Assembly: GCF_036321535.1 (NCBI RefSeq)
Contig: NC_087436.1
Coordinates: forward strand, 81,966,001-82,030,000
Reading direction: 5' to 3'
DNA: 64,000 nt
Source: Camelus dromedarius
Taxonomy: Eukaryota
Shown here: piece by piece, positions 25,530 to 38,530 of the stretch
Layout of the letters: each line of letters begins with the position of its first letter
Numbering within the stretch: position 1 is the first letter of the stretch
Translations under genes and position numbers: made by a program
The notes under the pieces: generated by a model
The model's input: the letters and a program-made list of their open reading frames with translations, nothing else
What the model was told of the DNA's origin: nothing
The model's database searches: none

Positions 25530-26136
25530 GTAGAGTGTTTGTGTGTGTAATTACATAAAGGGAATTACATGCAGGATCATCACTTCAACAAGTACAGAAG
25601 AAACTGGAATGTCGATACAGACCTTCAAATGATTCATAATATAAAATAAGAATATACCAATTAGGACTGCAGCATTAAAAAGCTCCTTGATGTAATTCCT
25701 AAAACTCTTCTTTCTAGCTTATTCTCTAGTATCAGAAAATATCTGCAGTGTTTTAGTTCATGTCTTGTACTTTCTAAGAAGCAAAACGGGAAAGGGATAG
25801 TGCCCTGGCCAAAGCACTGACATCTGCAGCCCAGTAAGAACTAACTAGGTTAGTTCCCTCCAGTCTCTCTGCATTTGTAGTACAGCTTATCTTTTTTCCA
25901 TGATTTAAATTGGTTTTATACTATTTACAATACCTTCTTCTAAAAGGTACCTAGGATGAGCCATAGAATTGGGAAAGAAATTAAATATGTATTAAAGAAA
26001 CTCTGTGACACGGTTTTGTCAAGAATTTGTCTTTCCTCGAGCAAATGAGTACAAAACAAGACCACAAGATATTAAAGAGCATGTAAAATCTTCATTTTAT
26101 GATTTGCTTCTTTCAACATTACTGCCTAATTTATAG

Positions 26137-26222
26137 GTGATCGTGTCCTCGCTGTCAATGGAGTTAGTCTGGAAGGAGCTACTCACAAGCAAGCTGTGGA
26201 AACCCTGAGAAACACAGGACAG
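26137..26222 (+). CDS. PTPN13: PTPN13 exon ~27, PDZ2 (GDRVLAVNGVSLEGATHKQAVETLRNTGQ)
   Basis: ttatag|GT...CAG|gtaata; 86 nt, phase 1-0. Confidence 0.96.
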
Positions 26223-26912
26223 GTAATAGATCCTTATACCACCCTTTTAAGATCCCTTAGCAGAATGTAATAATGTGCGAATAATACCAGTTTCACTATC
26301 TCCAGATTTGTTAATCAAGAAACAAAGCCTGACTCATGGAAACATTCTCGTATTGTTTTTCTTACAATTTGGAAGTGAGTATTATGACAGGGATTTTCAT
26401 TGAGGAAGCTGACTTTCTATTTCACATTAGCCTTTAATATCCAGAGATCTGACAGGAGGAGGGGGATGGATTGCATTTATAATTCTTCTCTTAAACATTT
26501 ACAGACATCTAGTGGTTTTCATTTCTAGTTATCCTTCAGCCCAAAGTCTAAATTCACATTGCTCTAATACATTTTGATTTAAGATGTTTACCAAATTATT
26601 TATAATGGTCTTTATAAGGGTAGTGCTGATTTTATCCTAATACCCTAATTTTCTCTAACATGGTTATATTATTTTTATAATAGAATTTTTTCTTTCTAAC
26701 CATTTATCTTTTCATACAGAAAATAATAAAAACTTAATTTTGAAATTCTCAATCCCTTGCTTTTGTTGCTCTGTTTTTTTCTCCATCTGTGTTTTGGTGG
26801 ACCAGGTAGTTACCTTAAATGATTTTGTACCCTCAACTGTACAAAGTCCTGAAAACTTACCTACTTTCTTATGATTCTTCATAGCTAATGAAGTGCTCTT
26901 CTATTTGTCCAG

Positions 26913-27075
26913 GTGGTTCATCTGTTGTTAGAAAAGGGACAATCTCCAGCATCCAAAGAACATGTCCCCGTAACCCCACAGTGCACCCTTTCAGATCCAG
27001 ATGCCCAAGGCCCAGCCCTAGAAAACATGACGAAGAAAATAACGCTTGTCAAAGATTACAGCTTTGTTACTGAAG
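26913..27075 (+). CDS. PTPN13: PTPN13 exon ~28 (VVHLLLEKGQ...DYSFVTE)
   Basis: gtccag|GTG...GAAG|gtcaga; 163 nt, phase 0-1. Confidence 0.95.
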
Positions 27076-27231
27076 GTCAGACCGTGGGAGCCTGTCATCT
27101 TACCCTAAACTTATTCCTGGATTATTCAAAACGAGTTTTACATGTTGGATCACAATTCATGCCTGGCTGGGTGTCTTTAATTATTCTTGTCAAGTGTAAA
27201 TAATAATCTGATGCAGCACTATACTGAATTA

Positions 27232-27370
27232 TTTTTAATTTGTTTTCTTTGGTGGGGGGTAACTGGGTTTATTCATTTATTTATTGTTAATAGAGGTACT
27301 TGAGATTGAACCTAGGACTTCGTGCATGCTAGGCAGGCACTGAACCACTGACCTATATCTTCTCCCCTCC
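27232..27370 (-). mobile_element. Vic-1-like SINE (more diverged)
   Basis: gaggtacttgagattgaacctaggacttcgtgcatgctaggcaggcactgaaccactga is the reverse complement of the SINE head. Confidence 0.82.
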
Positions 27371-28286
27371 CTTTTTTTTGTTTTAAGAAACAGACACATT
27401 TTAAGTTCTTAAAGTCTGAAAGGCTTTGGATAATGAAATCATATATGAATCAAATTATAGACATTTAATAGTGCCTTAAATAGTTGTAAAATTCAAAATA
27501 AAATTTGTAAGGGAAAAAAATAAATACAAATAATTGCCTAGAATGGGTTCAAACCCACATGAAACCTTGGCTTTTACATTTTCTATTTGTCTGTTAAATT
27601 TCATGGACTTGTGAAGCTAACCCGGGGTAGAAATTCACCCAATAGTTCACAGATACTGATCTTTCTTGCAAACTTTGCCAGCCTTTGGATATACCTACCA
27701 CTAACTGGTAGTCAAATCAGAAAATTAAGACTGATGTAGAAGTGAGTTTTTCATAAGGCTAAATTTGTTGATAATACAGAAGTGCCTTTTACTTTAAGAG
27801 TCCATCTGTCTTCCTTTTGAGGAGCATTAATGTCCTTGGTGGTGGTATATAGTCATTGTTTTGCTTTTATTTCAAATGTTTATATCATTATACAAATGTT
27901 AATAGTGCTGAATTAGTCCCTCAAATAAGGAGAAAATACAACCCAACCTATGTTATCTTTGCTGATTATGAAAATAAAATCTGCTTATCCACTCTGTCCT
28001 ACTGCCCCATGTCCTTTATTTCTTCTATTGCTCTTTCTTTAAATATGTGTTTTTCATCCTTTCTTGGTTATTCTTTTAGTTTCTTTTGAAACTAAATTTT
28101 CTTAATGATAAAGAGTATGAAGTAGGATTTGAATGTAGAATAAGGGTACAGCAAGTACATATAAAGTTGTAAATAGAGTGGAAATGGGCTTTTTAAAATG
28201 TATCTGAGTATATATGTGTATATGTTCATATGTATACACAACACATTAAAAATATTTAAATTTTTTGGATATCTTTTTTTCTCCAG

Positions 28287-28501
28287 AGAACACATTTGAG
28301 GTGAAATTGTTTAAAAACAGCTCAGGGCTCGGATTCAGTTTTTCTCGAGAAGATAACCTTATACCTGAACAAATGAATACCAGCATAGTAAGGGTTAAAA
28401 AACTCTTTCCTGGACAGCCAGCAGCAGAAAGTGGAAAAATAGATGTGGGAGATGTTATCTTGAAAGTGAACGGAGCCTCTTTGAAAGGACTGTCTCAGCA
28501 G
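28287..28501 (+). CDS. PTPN13: PTPN13 exon ~29, PDZ3 (ENTFEVKLFKNSSGLGFSF...GLSQQ)
   Basis: ctccag|AG...CAG|gtgagc; 215 nt, phase 1-0. Confidence 0.96.
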
Positions 28502-28614
28502 GTGAGCCCCCAGCATATGGAATGTAGCATTTTTAATGGGATGGATTGGCCTTTGAGAATGATTTCATAATGCTGTTTAACTGTATCTTCATTTGTCATT
28601 CATGGTACCCCCAG

Positions 28615-28713
28615 GAAGTCATATCCGCTCTCAGGGGAACATCTCCAGAAGTATCCTTACTTCTCTGCAGACCTCCACCTGGTGTGCTACCGGAAATCGA
28701 TCCTGCTCTTCTG
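28615..28713 (+). CDS. PTPN13: PTPN13 exon ~30, PDZ3 end (EVISALRG...DPALL)
   Basis: ccccag|GAA...CTG|gtgaga; 99 nt, phase 0-0. Confidence 0.95.
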
Positions 28714-29101
28714 GTGAGACTTATGAGACGTAACTTACATTTGTGTAGAGTGTCATTTGAGTGATTACTTCAGCTATAGTGGTTTCATCATTGATTGATT
28801 TCCTGGGTTTCACCCCAGTTGCTTGTTTAGCTAGGGGTATTATCTTGAGTGGGTCACATAACCTCTTAGTACATTCTGTGTTTGTAATATAAGGTAATTC
28901 AATTCACTTTCTCTTCTCTCCCTTCCAACTTTAGAATTCTAGGATTCTAGGATTTTAGGAATTTATATTCCAAATGTAAATAGAAAAAGACATAAAACAA
29001 TGGTTACAAAAATCTTTTGTCCATTTCTTCATTGAGCCAGACTCAGAAATGTAATTCTCATTCTGAGCTAGTTTAGATGAAAATAAGAATTATTTAAGAT
29101 T

Positions 29102-29234
29102 GGGGGGGGCGGGGTATAGCTCAAGTGGTAGAGTGCATGCTTAGCATGCATGAGGTCCTGGGTTCAATCCCCAGTACCTCCATTGAAAAACCAAATAAAT
29201 AAACATAATTACCTTCCCCCTGAAAAAAAAGAAA
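29102..29234 (+). mobile_element. Vic-1-like SINE
   Basis: gggtatagctcaagtggtagagtgcatgcttagcatgcatgaggtcctgggttcaatcccc; short aagatt TSD. Confidence 0.88.
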
Positions 29235-30228
29235 AAGATTTTTTGCCTTCATTTTTAATACTGGAAATCACATAATAAACAATCTGTCCATTTCCCTTTC
29301 TTATGTTAAGGAATAGCTAAAAGGATCCAACATCTATTTTGGTAGTTAATTATAAATTGCATACTAATAGGTAAGAATCCATACATAGATGAATAATCAT
29401 CTAATTGAAAGAGCCTTTGGCCCATCTACTTAAAATAGTGTTCTGTTACCAATGAACATGATCCCTGGGTGTGAAATGCAGGAGTGTCTGTCCCCGGAAA
29501 CTTTAACCTCACTGTCAGGGAGAGGCAGGTAGTACTATAAGGACATTAATAGGAAAGTAACATTTCTGTCAGGTGCATTATAAATAGCATTTTAAGAGAC
29601 TACATTGATTTTGGGCACCAGATAGGAAGAACTTTCTTGATGAGTGTATAAATTGATATAATCTTCCTGGAAAGCAATCTGGATATATTTAACAAGGCCT
29701 TTAAAAACATCCTATGTGCTGATTATAGAAAATTCTATTTCTATTATAGAAAATTACAAGGAAACAATGAGAAACTCAGGTGAAAATCTACATATAAAGA
29801 AGTTCTCCTAGATTTCTATTAATAGTGAAAAACTAGAAACAACTCTGTATCAAATAAAAGGAAAATTCTGAAATAAATTAAAGGTATAGCCGTCTGTAAG
29901 ATTATTATACAGTTTTATGCAGTTGTTTTCAAAGTATATTTAAGGATCTCAGAAATTACTCATGGTAGAAATCTAAATTTTGCAAGCAGGATACAAAGTG
30001 CAATATATACTGTAACTCTGAATGAAAGTACAAGTTGTACAATATTAACAGTTACTGCTTTTATAGATTATTATTTCCTCTAATGAGCATAACTTATTTT
30101 TATTATCAAAAAATTAATTGAATATTTTAGTAGGAAGTGCTGTTGTTTAACATGTGCATTTTCAATTAAGTGTTCCAAAGTTAATATAAGTTGTCACACC
30201 CTGATCTCTTTAAATGTGTCCGTTCCAG

Positions 30229-30593
30229 ACCCCACTGCACTCTCCAGCACAAGGACCTCCAAACAACACCAAAGACCCTCCTCACCCAGCCTGTGTGGAG
30301 CAAGGCACCAGCTCAGATGAAAATGAAATGTCTGACAAAAGCAAGAAACCGTGCGCATCCCCATCCAGGAGAGACAGCTACAGCGACAGCAGTGGGAGTG
30401 GAGAAGACGACCTTTTGAAAGCTCCAGCAAAGATACCAAACCTGAGCTGGAGTTCAGCTTTGCATCAGACTCTAAACAACATGGTGTCACAGGCACACAG
30501 TCAACATGAAGCACTCAGGAGTCGAGAAGACACCATTTGCACCATGTTTTACTATCCTCAGAAAATACCTAATAAACCAGAACCTGAGGACAG
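30229..30593 (+). CDS. PTPN13: PTPN13 exon ~31, linker (TPLHSPAQ...KPEPED)
   Basis: ttccag|ACC...ACAG|gtattg; 365 nt, phase 0-2. Confidence 0.94.
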
Positions 30594-31531
30594 GTATTGT
30601 CAATCTTATGTGTAGCACTCAAAGCAGCTAGTTGTTGTTAGTAACATGAGCAACAACCTACATTTCACTAAGAATGAAATGTGTCTGTATGTGAACTTCA
30701 CAAGTGTTAGGCAGAAGATGATTCTATTGGATATCTAGCCATTGGGTCTGATAGTTTTAGTCAGCAAACCCTGGTAAACTCTTCAGCCATTTGACCTGAA
30801 CCGTGCTGCTCTCTTGAGCATATTTACTAGTAATTAGGGAAGTTTTTTGTATTTCACCATGATTCATATTTCTTAGCAGAAAGAGAAGAGACCTGTTTAG
30901 ATAGTGGTGGGATGGGAGATTAGGGAGTAGAAATACAAAGGAAGCGGGAGGGAGGGAAGAGGTAGAGAGTTTGCAAAAGGTAGGACGTAAAAGAGCACAG
31001 AAGAAATGATTGAAAGCATAGATGAATACAAAAGGAAAGACTACATCTATACCTGTGATGCTTATTCATACATTTTATCGTTTGATTACAACTTTGTATA
31101 TATTGAGGTCCATCTGTATTTGTTCAGTTTGGGGAGGGTTTCTTCCCCCTATTGTGTCATCCAAAATAACTACAGGAGTCAGACTTTCATTCTTTTCTTA
31201 ATTTTTCTTTTTCTTACTATGCTGAAACACACATTAGGCTTCTGATAACATTAGCTTCAGCCTTGAATTAACAACTAAGAGTCAGAAGTATATTTATTTA
31301 ACTTTTCTTACCAATTTATGCAGCTTAAAGAGCTGGACAGAAAATAAAAACCAGTAATGTTAGCACATAACAGATGTGAGATAAATTCATAGTCCAGAAT
31401 CAGACAGAAAGTAGCTAGGATCTCAGTCAAAAGCAGATATAGATATCTGTTAAGCCTTTTCTGTTTGTGCCACAAACTTACTATATTGACACTGCCGTGT
31501 ATTTCAAAGTAATCTTGCTTTGTCTCCATAG

Positions 31532-31715
31532 TGCTCCTCCTTCCCCTCGGCCCCCAGGGGGAGCTCCTGCGCAGGGTTGTCAACCCCAGTTGGGATCTGC
31601 TTCCACTAATGCAGGGGATAGATACCAGATACGTCACACTTCTGAGCCAGCTAGGCAAGAAAGCTTGACATCTTTGAAAAATGACTTGGAAAACCACCTT
31701 GAAGACTTTGAGCTC
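31532..31715 (+). CDS. PTPN13: PTPN13 exon ~32, linker (APPSPRPP...NHLEDFEL)
   Basis: ccatag|T...CTC|gtgagt; 184 nt, phase 2-0. Confidence 0.92.
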
Positions 31716-31894
31716 GTGAGTTGTTTCCTTTGTATGAAGCAAATTCTATATTTTCTCAAGTCAAATGTAGTCACACACAATTTCCCTTCAGGGAAAAGGG
31801 TATCTTTCAGATCAGCCTCATGTCTGTGTCCAGTAAGTAGATAATATATCTGGTATGTCTCTGCTGAGAATTAGGGGAAAAGGCAAAAAAACCC

Positions 31895-32070
31895 GGGTAT
31901 AAATTCTGACTCTACCACTGACATGCTGCAGTTTGGCAGGTGCCCGTGGGCAAATTACTTAATTCTTCTGAGTCTTAGCAGTTTTAGCTATAAAGTGGGA
32001 CTGATAACCTCATAGGATTGTGGTGAGGATTAAATGAAATTACATGTGTGGAGCACATAATATAGTACCT
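31895..32070 (+). mobile_element. MIR SINE
   Basis: gggcaaattacttaattcttctgagtctt...acctcataggattgtggtgaggattaaatga. Confidence 0.72.
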
Positions 32071-32429
32071 GCTGTTTCCCAAATTCTGATGATTACCTGT
32101 TTAATTTTTAATCAAGTTTGAATGTAATTTTGTCCTCCTCCACACTTTTTTTGTGGATGTCTAAATGGAATGCTTTTCATTGTACTAATAATCTTAAAAC
32201 TTCAAAACCTACAAATTCAGTTTGAAAGCCAAATTTCCAAGAATAATATCCTTAACACTGGTTCAAAGTCATGCTTTTTCAATACTGCTTTTTACTATCT
32301 AAATAATAAATATTTATTGGAGGAAAATTAGAAAACAAAGAAAAAATTTAAAACCATTTACAATCTCATCACGTAAAAACCATAAGCATTTTGGAGTTAA
32401 TCTTTCCAGATACTTTGTTTCCCTATAAT

Positions 32430-32453
32430 TGTGTGTGTGTGTGTGTGTGTGTG
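32430..32453. repeat. (TG)n microsatellite
   Basis: Direct read. Confidence 0.9.
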
Positions 32454-32969
32454 AATGTGTGTAGCATCTACCTCTTCAATTTCACTCTTAGCAACAGAGT
32501 GAAAATAATCTTTGAGTAATTTTCTTAGAAACCTGTCATCTCTCCTGTAAGCTGTAAGCAACCTTTATGTCTCAGTTGAAATCTTAAAAAATATTTTTTT
32601 ACACAACTAAATATATCAAGTTGTGATACTTAATCACCCAGACTTCATGTTTTTACCCCAAAAAAATCTTTTGTTGCTCTTGGCATGGATGTTTATATCT
32701 CATTATTCTGAACTGAAGCATGAGTAAGTTCTGTCTCAGCCATCTCTAGACAAACACATGTTGAATTTAAACCCAGCTTTAACATGGGCAGGGGGTGGGG
32801 GTGGGTGTCTGTCTAGAGCTTGGATATACCTAGCTCCTTCACTTCGTTGGGTTAAGTAACCTTCTAAGGTTTAGTGTCCTCTGTTAATCAATGGAAATTA
32901 TAGTTATCTTTCTCTTTGCCTATACAGCAAAATAGACAACCTAAAAGAATCACTGTTTTCTTCCCTTAG

Positions 32970-33128
32970 GAGGTAGAACTCCTCATTACCCTGATTAAGT
33001 CAGAAAAAGGAAGCCTGGGTTTTACAGTGACCAAAGGCAATCAGAGTATTGGTTGTTACGTTCATGATGTCATTCAGGATCCAGCCAAAAGTGATGGAAG
33101 GCTAAAACCCGGGGACCGGCTCATAAAG
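32970..33128 (+). CDS. PTPN13: PTPN13 exon ~33, PDZ4 (EVELLITLIKSEKGSLGFTVTKG...GDRLIK)
   Basis: ccttag|GAG...AAG|gtgaga; 159 nt, phase 0-0. Confidence 0.96.
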
Positions 33129-33626
33129 GTGAGACATTTAAGCAGACTTGATTAGGGCAAATGTGGCCAAAGATCAAGCCCGGGCTAAAGAATGAAAAGC
33201 AAGAAGGATGAGTTAGTAAAAGACTCTGTTTCCACCTTGTAAAAAGTACAGGCCTTTATATAGTTAATAGTTTGGAAAATGCTTAATTTCAGTTAAGGCA
33301 TTAAATAAGCCATCTTGAGTCTCAGGGACAGAAAGTTTCTTAAATTGCTGTAAGAATAAATTTTCTGTATTAGCAAAATAATGACACATTTATTAGGTAT
33401 TTTACATTATTATTTCATTTATGATTACTTGGTCATTGTGTTTATGATTTCCACAGTAAAGGGAATAAACTAGGATAAACCCATAAACTAGAAACCATCC
33501 TTTATGGTGAATCTCCTACTGGCTAATATAAATTATATAAAAAGTGAGAGAGATGACTGTATTTTCTTGGCAACTTCTGTGTTCCAAAAATTATAATCCT
33601 ACTTTGCCCCTTTCTCATTTTTGTAG

Positions 33627-33798
33627 GTTAATGATACAGATGTCACAAACATGACTCACACAGATGCAGTGAATTTACTCCGAGCTGCACCCAAGACAGT
33701 CCAATTGGTTCTTGGCCGAGTCTTAGAACTACCGAGGATGCCAGTGCTGCCTCATTTGCTACCTGACATTGCATTTACATGCAACAAAGAGGAGCTGG
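33627..33798 (+). CDS. PTPN13: PTPN13 exon ~34, PDZ4 end / PDZ5 start (VNDTDVTNMTHTDAV...NKEEL)
   Basis: ttgtag|GTT...CTGG|gtaatg; 172 nt, phase 0-1. Confidence 0.95.
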
Positions 33799-33898
33799 GT
33801 AATGCAGACTCATGCTTTGTGCAGTGTGGTTTTTCTTGGCTAGATTAAAAGTAAGTACTGCTAAGACTAAGGAAACAAATATTTTCTGTTCCCTGAAG

Positions 33899-34109
33899 GT
33901 TTTTCCTTATCTGGAGGTCATGACAGCCTTCATCAAGTGGTATACGTTAGTGATATCAATCCAAGGTCAGCCGCAGCCACTGAGGGTAATCTCCAGCTCT
34001 TGGACATCATTCACTATGTGAATGGAGTCAGCACACAAGGAATGACTTTAGAAGAAGCTAAGAGAGCATTAGACATGTCACTCCCTTCGGTGGTGCTGAA
34101 AGCAACAAG
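33899..34109 (+). CDS. PTPN13: PTPN13 exon ~35, PDZ5 (GFSLSGGHDSLHQVVY...VLKAT)
   Basis: ctgaag|GT...CAAG|gtactc; 211 nt, phase 1-2; preceded by a 100-nt intron. Confidence 0.95.
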
Positions 34110-34603
34110 GTACTCTGCAATTATTTTGTTTGTGTGCGCACATGCATTTCAGGCTGTTAAAAGATATTAGGTTCTCCCCAAAAAATTCTGAATTAGTAAT
34201 TCAGACTAAATGGGCAGGGGTTTGTAAAGTTTGTGTGTTTCCTTCATGATAGTCAAGTGGCCATGTCAGTTTCATGCCTCACATCTGTATAACATACCAT
34301 CCAGAGCAATCTTCAAACAAGTCTCACTGATCACCCTGGTAAAGCAAAGACTGTGTGCTGATTGCCTTAGACCCAGATGAGGGCCAGTCCTGATGAGGCA
34401 AAGGGGTAAGAATATATCAGTTGGTCTAAGCCAGTCCTGACCCATTCCCAGAGCTGGGACAAGATCAGTCCTACCTGAACTCATGTCTGCAACCAACGAG
34501 GCATAGGTGATCATATTCACTATATGTCAAGATAGTTTCACATTATAAGAAATGCTAATGGCAACTTTTCTTTCACTTAATAATGGAAATAAATTGAAAA
34601 AAA

Positions 34604-35084
34604 ATGTTTCTATTAGTTTCCTACCACTATCAAATTACTACAAATTTAGTGGCTTAAAACAACTCAAGTTTATTATCTTAACAGTCCTGGAAGTCAGAAA
34701 AATGAAATGGTCTCATTGGGCTAAAATCAAGATGTTGACAGAGCTGCATTCCTCCTGTAGGCTCCTTGCCATTTCCACCTTCGAGAGATTGCCCGTATTC
34801 CTTGCCTCATAGCCCTCTTCCATCTGTAAAGCCAGCATTCACAGCACTCTTTGCTTTTGTCCTCACATCTTTCTCTGACATTCCTACCTCACTTTTTTCA
34901 CTTATAAGGACCCCTGTGATTACACTGGGCCCAGCTGGATAACCCAGAATAATCTCATCTCTAGATCCTTAATTTACTCACCTCTGCAAAATCCCTTTTG
35001 CCATGCAAGGTAACATTCGGAGGTTCTGAGGTTTCCCATGTAGACATTTTTGGTGGGAGTGGGGACATTACTACGCCTACCACA
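34604..35084. mobile_element. MLT1 solo LTR
   Basis: aattactacaaatttagtggcttaaaacaac...cttataaggacccctgtgattacactgggccc...cctaccaca. Confidence 0.8.
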
Positions 35085-35677
35085 GGTACATGAACCCGGG
35101 CTTTCTGAATTATGGTTTTATAGTTACATAACAGAAAGCATCACATTGGTATCTGTGATACATGGTAAGTTTTATATAGTATGTTTTCCAAAATACAGAA
35201 ACTGTTCATTAAATCACTTGATCATAAATCTATTTTTCCTTCTGAACCTTTAAGTTGGATTGTATACTTTTTCCCTTGAATATAATCCCTCGCCTATTTC
35301 CCTCAATATTTCTAAAAATTAGATGGGCATAGGGTTATTTTCACAGGTGTAGCTGAATGTTAATTAGTGGAGGAGGAAAGTGTTCAAACAACCTGGAAAA
35401 TGTCTTTGTGAAAATTAACATCTCTGCTAACCATAGATCTAGTTGAATTTTTTGCCTCTGAATCTCTGGAGCACCCCTTCACCTCAGGCCTAAAATCACT
35501 TTCTGTTGTCTTTCTGCTTTTATCTTTGCTGAAGTCACTGGAGATGCAGTAGTAATATTCACAGTTACTTTCCCCTTCCTTAATCTTCCAACTCCCTCTC
35601 CACTGTTATTTATTTCTGCCCTCTTTAAAGTCCACAGGGTAACTGTAATGGAAGGGTGTATATTTGTGATCATTGTC

Positions 35678-36157
35678 TGTCAAGAACTGTAGAGTGTCTA
35701 TAATTTTACCCTGCTTACAAGCTAATAAACTAGCCAGTCATTGTTCCATGGGTGCTGGTAGAAGATATGAAACTCCCGGATCAGAGACCAGAGACTTTCT
35801 CACTAAAGGCGCAGCAAGCAGCATGAGCGTGGTATTACTGTCGGCTCCACATGTCCTCTCAGCCCCATAGAGATGACACATGTGGGCCTAGTGGCTCTCT
35901 ATGTCTGCGGTGGGCTGTAGTACAGGAGAAGAGGACTGTGAGAAGAGCCAGGGAACCCACCACTTTATGGCAGCCGGTAAGAAGGCTTGCTTTTTGTCTG
36001 GGGAGAGAGGTTACGTAAGTCTTCAAGCTTGCTCACTGTAAACGTGGCCTTGAGAATTGGCCTAGATAAAAAGTGGTCAGGGTCTCGCATTTCTGGGGTA
36101 CTTGGCAAGAACATACAGGAATGCTTAGGACCTGTGGCTGATTGCCTCTCCCCATAC
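35678..36157. mobile_element. Solo LTR, ERV1-class (MER90/MER110-like; subfamily uncertain)
   Basis: tgtcaagaactgtagagtgtctataattttaccctgcttacaagctaa...gatcagagaccagagacttt resembles a recalled LTR terminus. Confidence 0.55.
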
Positions 36158-36746
36158 TGTACACCTGAGGCCCCCTCCTTTCCCTTTCAAGTAAAAGCAA
36201 CAATAAAATTGCATACCAATCCTCTTGCAAGGTGCTGTCTTTTGACTATTTGACATATTGGGTGGTACTATTCTTCTTATAATTCTCTGAATATGTATAT
36301 TTTGTCTAGATGTTCCCTTTAAGTAATTTAAAAGAAACACACATATCAAGGGCTTTAGATACATAAAACTTAGTGATCTGTGACTTCTGAGTGAAGTTAT
36401 CTTTGATCTATCGCCTGAGTGTCAGTAAGCAAGTCATTAGATCCTGGATATTACCAGTGTTTTAAATGAGAGGGTAGGTATGGCAGTATGTTGAACTGAA
36501 ACACAAAGAAACCTTATGTACAGAAATGATTCTTAATCTTTTTTTCAGTCAAGAATATCTCCCTCCAGCACATACATAGATAAAGGCTGATAAAATTTGT
36601 CTATAGCTTCAGGAAATGCATAGGCCCCCTGAAGCCCAGCCAAAATAAAACTCCTGAGGTTAAATAGTTAACAGATGGCTTGAAAGATATTTAAACAAAT
36701 GTCTTAAATAATTTGCAATTGCATTTTCTTATTCTTTACAACACAG

Positions 36747-36817
36747 AGACGGTCACCCAGTGGTTCCCAGTTCCAAGAGGTCAGCTGTTTCAGCCCCAAA
36801 GTCAACCAAAGCCAATG
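36747..36817 (+). CDS. PTPN13: PTPN13 exon ~36 (DGHPVVPSSKRSAVSAPKSTKAN)
   Basis: acacag|A...AATG|gtaagg; 71 nt, phase 2-1. Confidence 0.92.
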
Positions 36818-37329
36818 GTAAGGATACATTCATTTTATAACACAAGTAGCTCTGGAGAGGAAACTTTTTTCCCCCAAAGCAAGTTGCGATACTATCATTA
36901 AAATGTTTTTAATGCCCCTCCAGACTGTTTTGCAGGGTTTAAGTGAAAAAAAAAAATTACATTTAAATAAGAGCATCTCTAAAACTGAGTGCATAATAGG
37001 AAATAGAGCAGCATGGACCCTGGGATTTGTTTACAAGTCCTGTGTAACCGTAGCAAGTGACTTGATCCATATCTAAGCCTCTATTTTCTACCAGTAAAGT
37101 AAGAATATTAACAGTATCTAATTTGCAAGGTTGTAATGAGGCATAAATACAATAATATATGTCAAACATTTATCACGGTGATTGTCACATAATAATTTAT
37201 TCAGACAGTTAACTAAATTTCTTCTCTGTGCCGGGCAGTGTTCTGGGCATTGTGAATATAGCAATGAGTAAACAAAGTGTGTGTCTTATATTCCAGCATA
37301 GTAATAGAAACTGTAGTGTTAACAGCGGT

Positions 37330-37545
37330 GGCAGCCGTTTACATAAATTTAATGCTTTTTCTGGACTAAGCATTCTTCTAGGTGCTTAAATCCTCACAAC
37401 AACCCTATGAGACTAGTGTTACTATTATCCCCCTTTATAGAAAGGGAAACTGAGGTACAGAAAAGTGTGATAACTTGCCCAAGCTCACAGGGTTCATAAA
37501 TGGTCCAGCGAGAATTTAAACCTAGGATGTCTGACTCTGTGCTCT
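37330..37545 (-). mobile_element. MIR SINE
   Basis: aatcctcacaacaaccctatgag...gaaactgaggtacagaaaagtgtgataacttgcccaag. Confidence 0.78.
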
Positions 37546-38045
37546 CATTTACCTAATCAGGCTCAGTAAATGTAGCTTTTATTGATGGTATTCATATAAG
37601 AATGTGAGGCACAGGGGAATGTGGTTAGAGTATTTGGAATGTAAATCTAGTATTTCATATATAACTAAACTTTTAGGGACCGGCAGTAGAACCTAAATAC
37701 CAGATAGCTAGGAGAAATCTGTCACTTGCAGGAGTTTGATTATCCTCTAAGCAAAAGCAAAAGCACATCTGTTTCTCTCCTCTGTTGTTATCTTGAATGC
37801 CTCAGAGGTCCTTCCTTCCTGCTGCTCTCTAAGAGTTCTGGTGCACATTAGAGCAGACTATCTCACAGAGCAATCAGGAGAGCACTTTCCCAGTGACCGC
37901 GGAGAAAACTCCTGTTTGTAACTTTCAAGGCCACAGAGAGTAGCTGGGCCCGGCCCCCCTTGTAGTAACTGCCTAGTCGTCTGTTTATGGGATTCTCTGA
38001 TCTAATTTCTTTATGAATTCTGAAAATCATATAGTGTCAATAATA

Positions 38046-38530
38046 GGAACTCTCTTATAGTGATGAAAATGTAAACTACTACAACCATTTTGGAAAACAG
38101 TTTGACAGTTTCTTAAAAATTTAAACGTGTGCCCACCATGTAATCCAGCCTTTCCACTCCTGTCTGTATAGTCAAGAGAAAAGAAAGCATGTATCCATAC
38201 ACAAAAACTTGTACAGGAATGTTTTTAGCAGCTTCCTTTGTAATAACCCAAATCAGAAACCACTCAAATTTCCAAAAACTGTTGAATGAATAGCCGTTTG
38301 TCGTATATCCCCATAACAGAATACTGCTTAGAGAGAAAGGTGAATGACTGTTGACACATGCAACAGCATAATTTAAAAAAACTCAAAATAGATATGCTGA
38401 ATGAAAGAAGCTAGACCAAAAAAAGAATTCATTATTATTCAATTTATACAAGATTGTACAAAAATCCAAATTAATCTGTAGTGATAAAGCAGATCAGTGG
38501 TTGCCAGGGAACAGGAGGGAGAGATTACAA
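38046..38530 (+). mobile_element. Old L1M 3' region
   Basis: caaccattttggaaaacagtttgacagtttctta...acacaaaaacttgtacaggaatgtt...gcagatcagtggttgccaggg. Confidence 0.78.

Noticed and set aside
29102..29185. tRNA-like heads with A and B boxes (also 3146, 43739) as tRNA genes
   Set aside because: They carry SINE tails and TSDs and show several diverged copies; these are SINEs.
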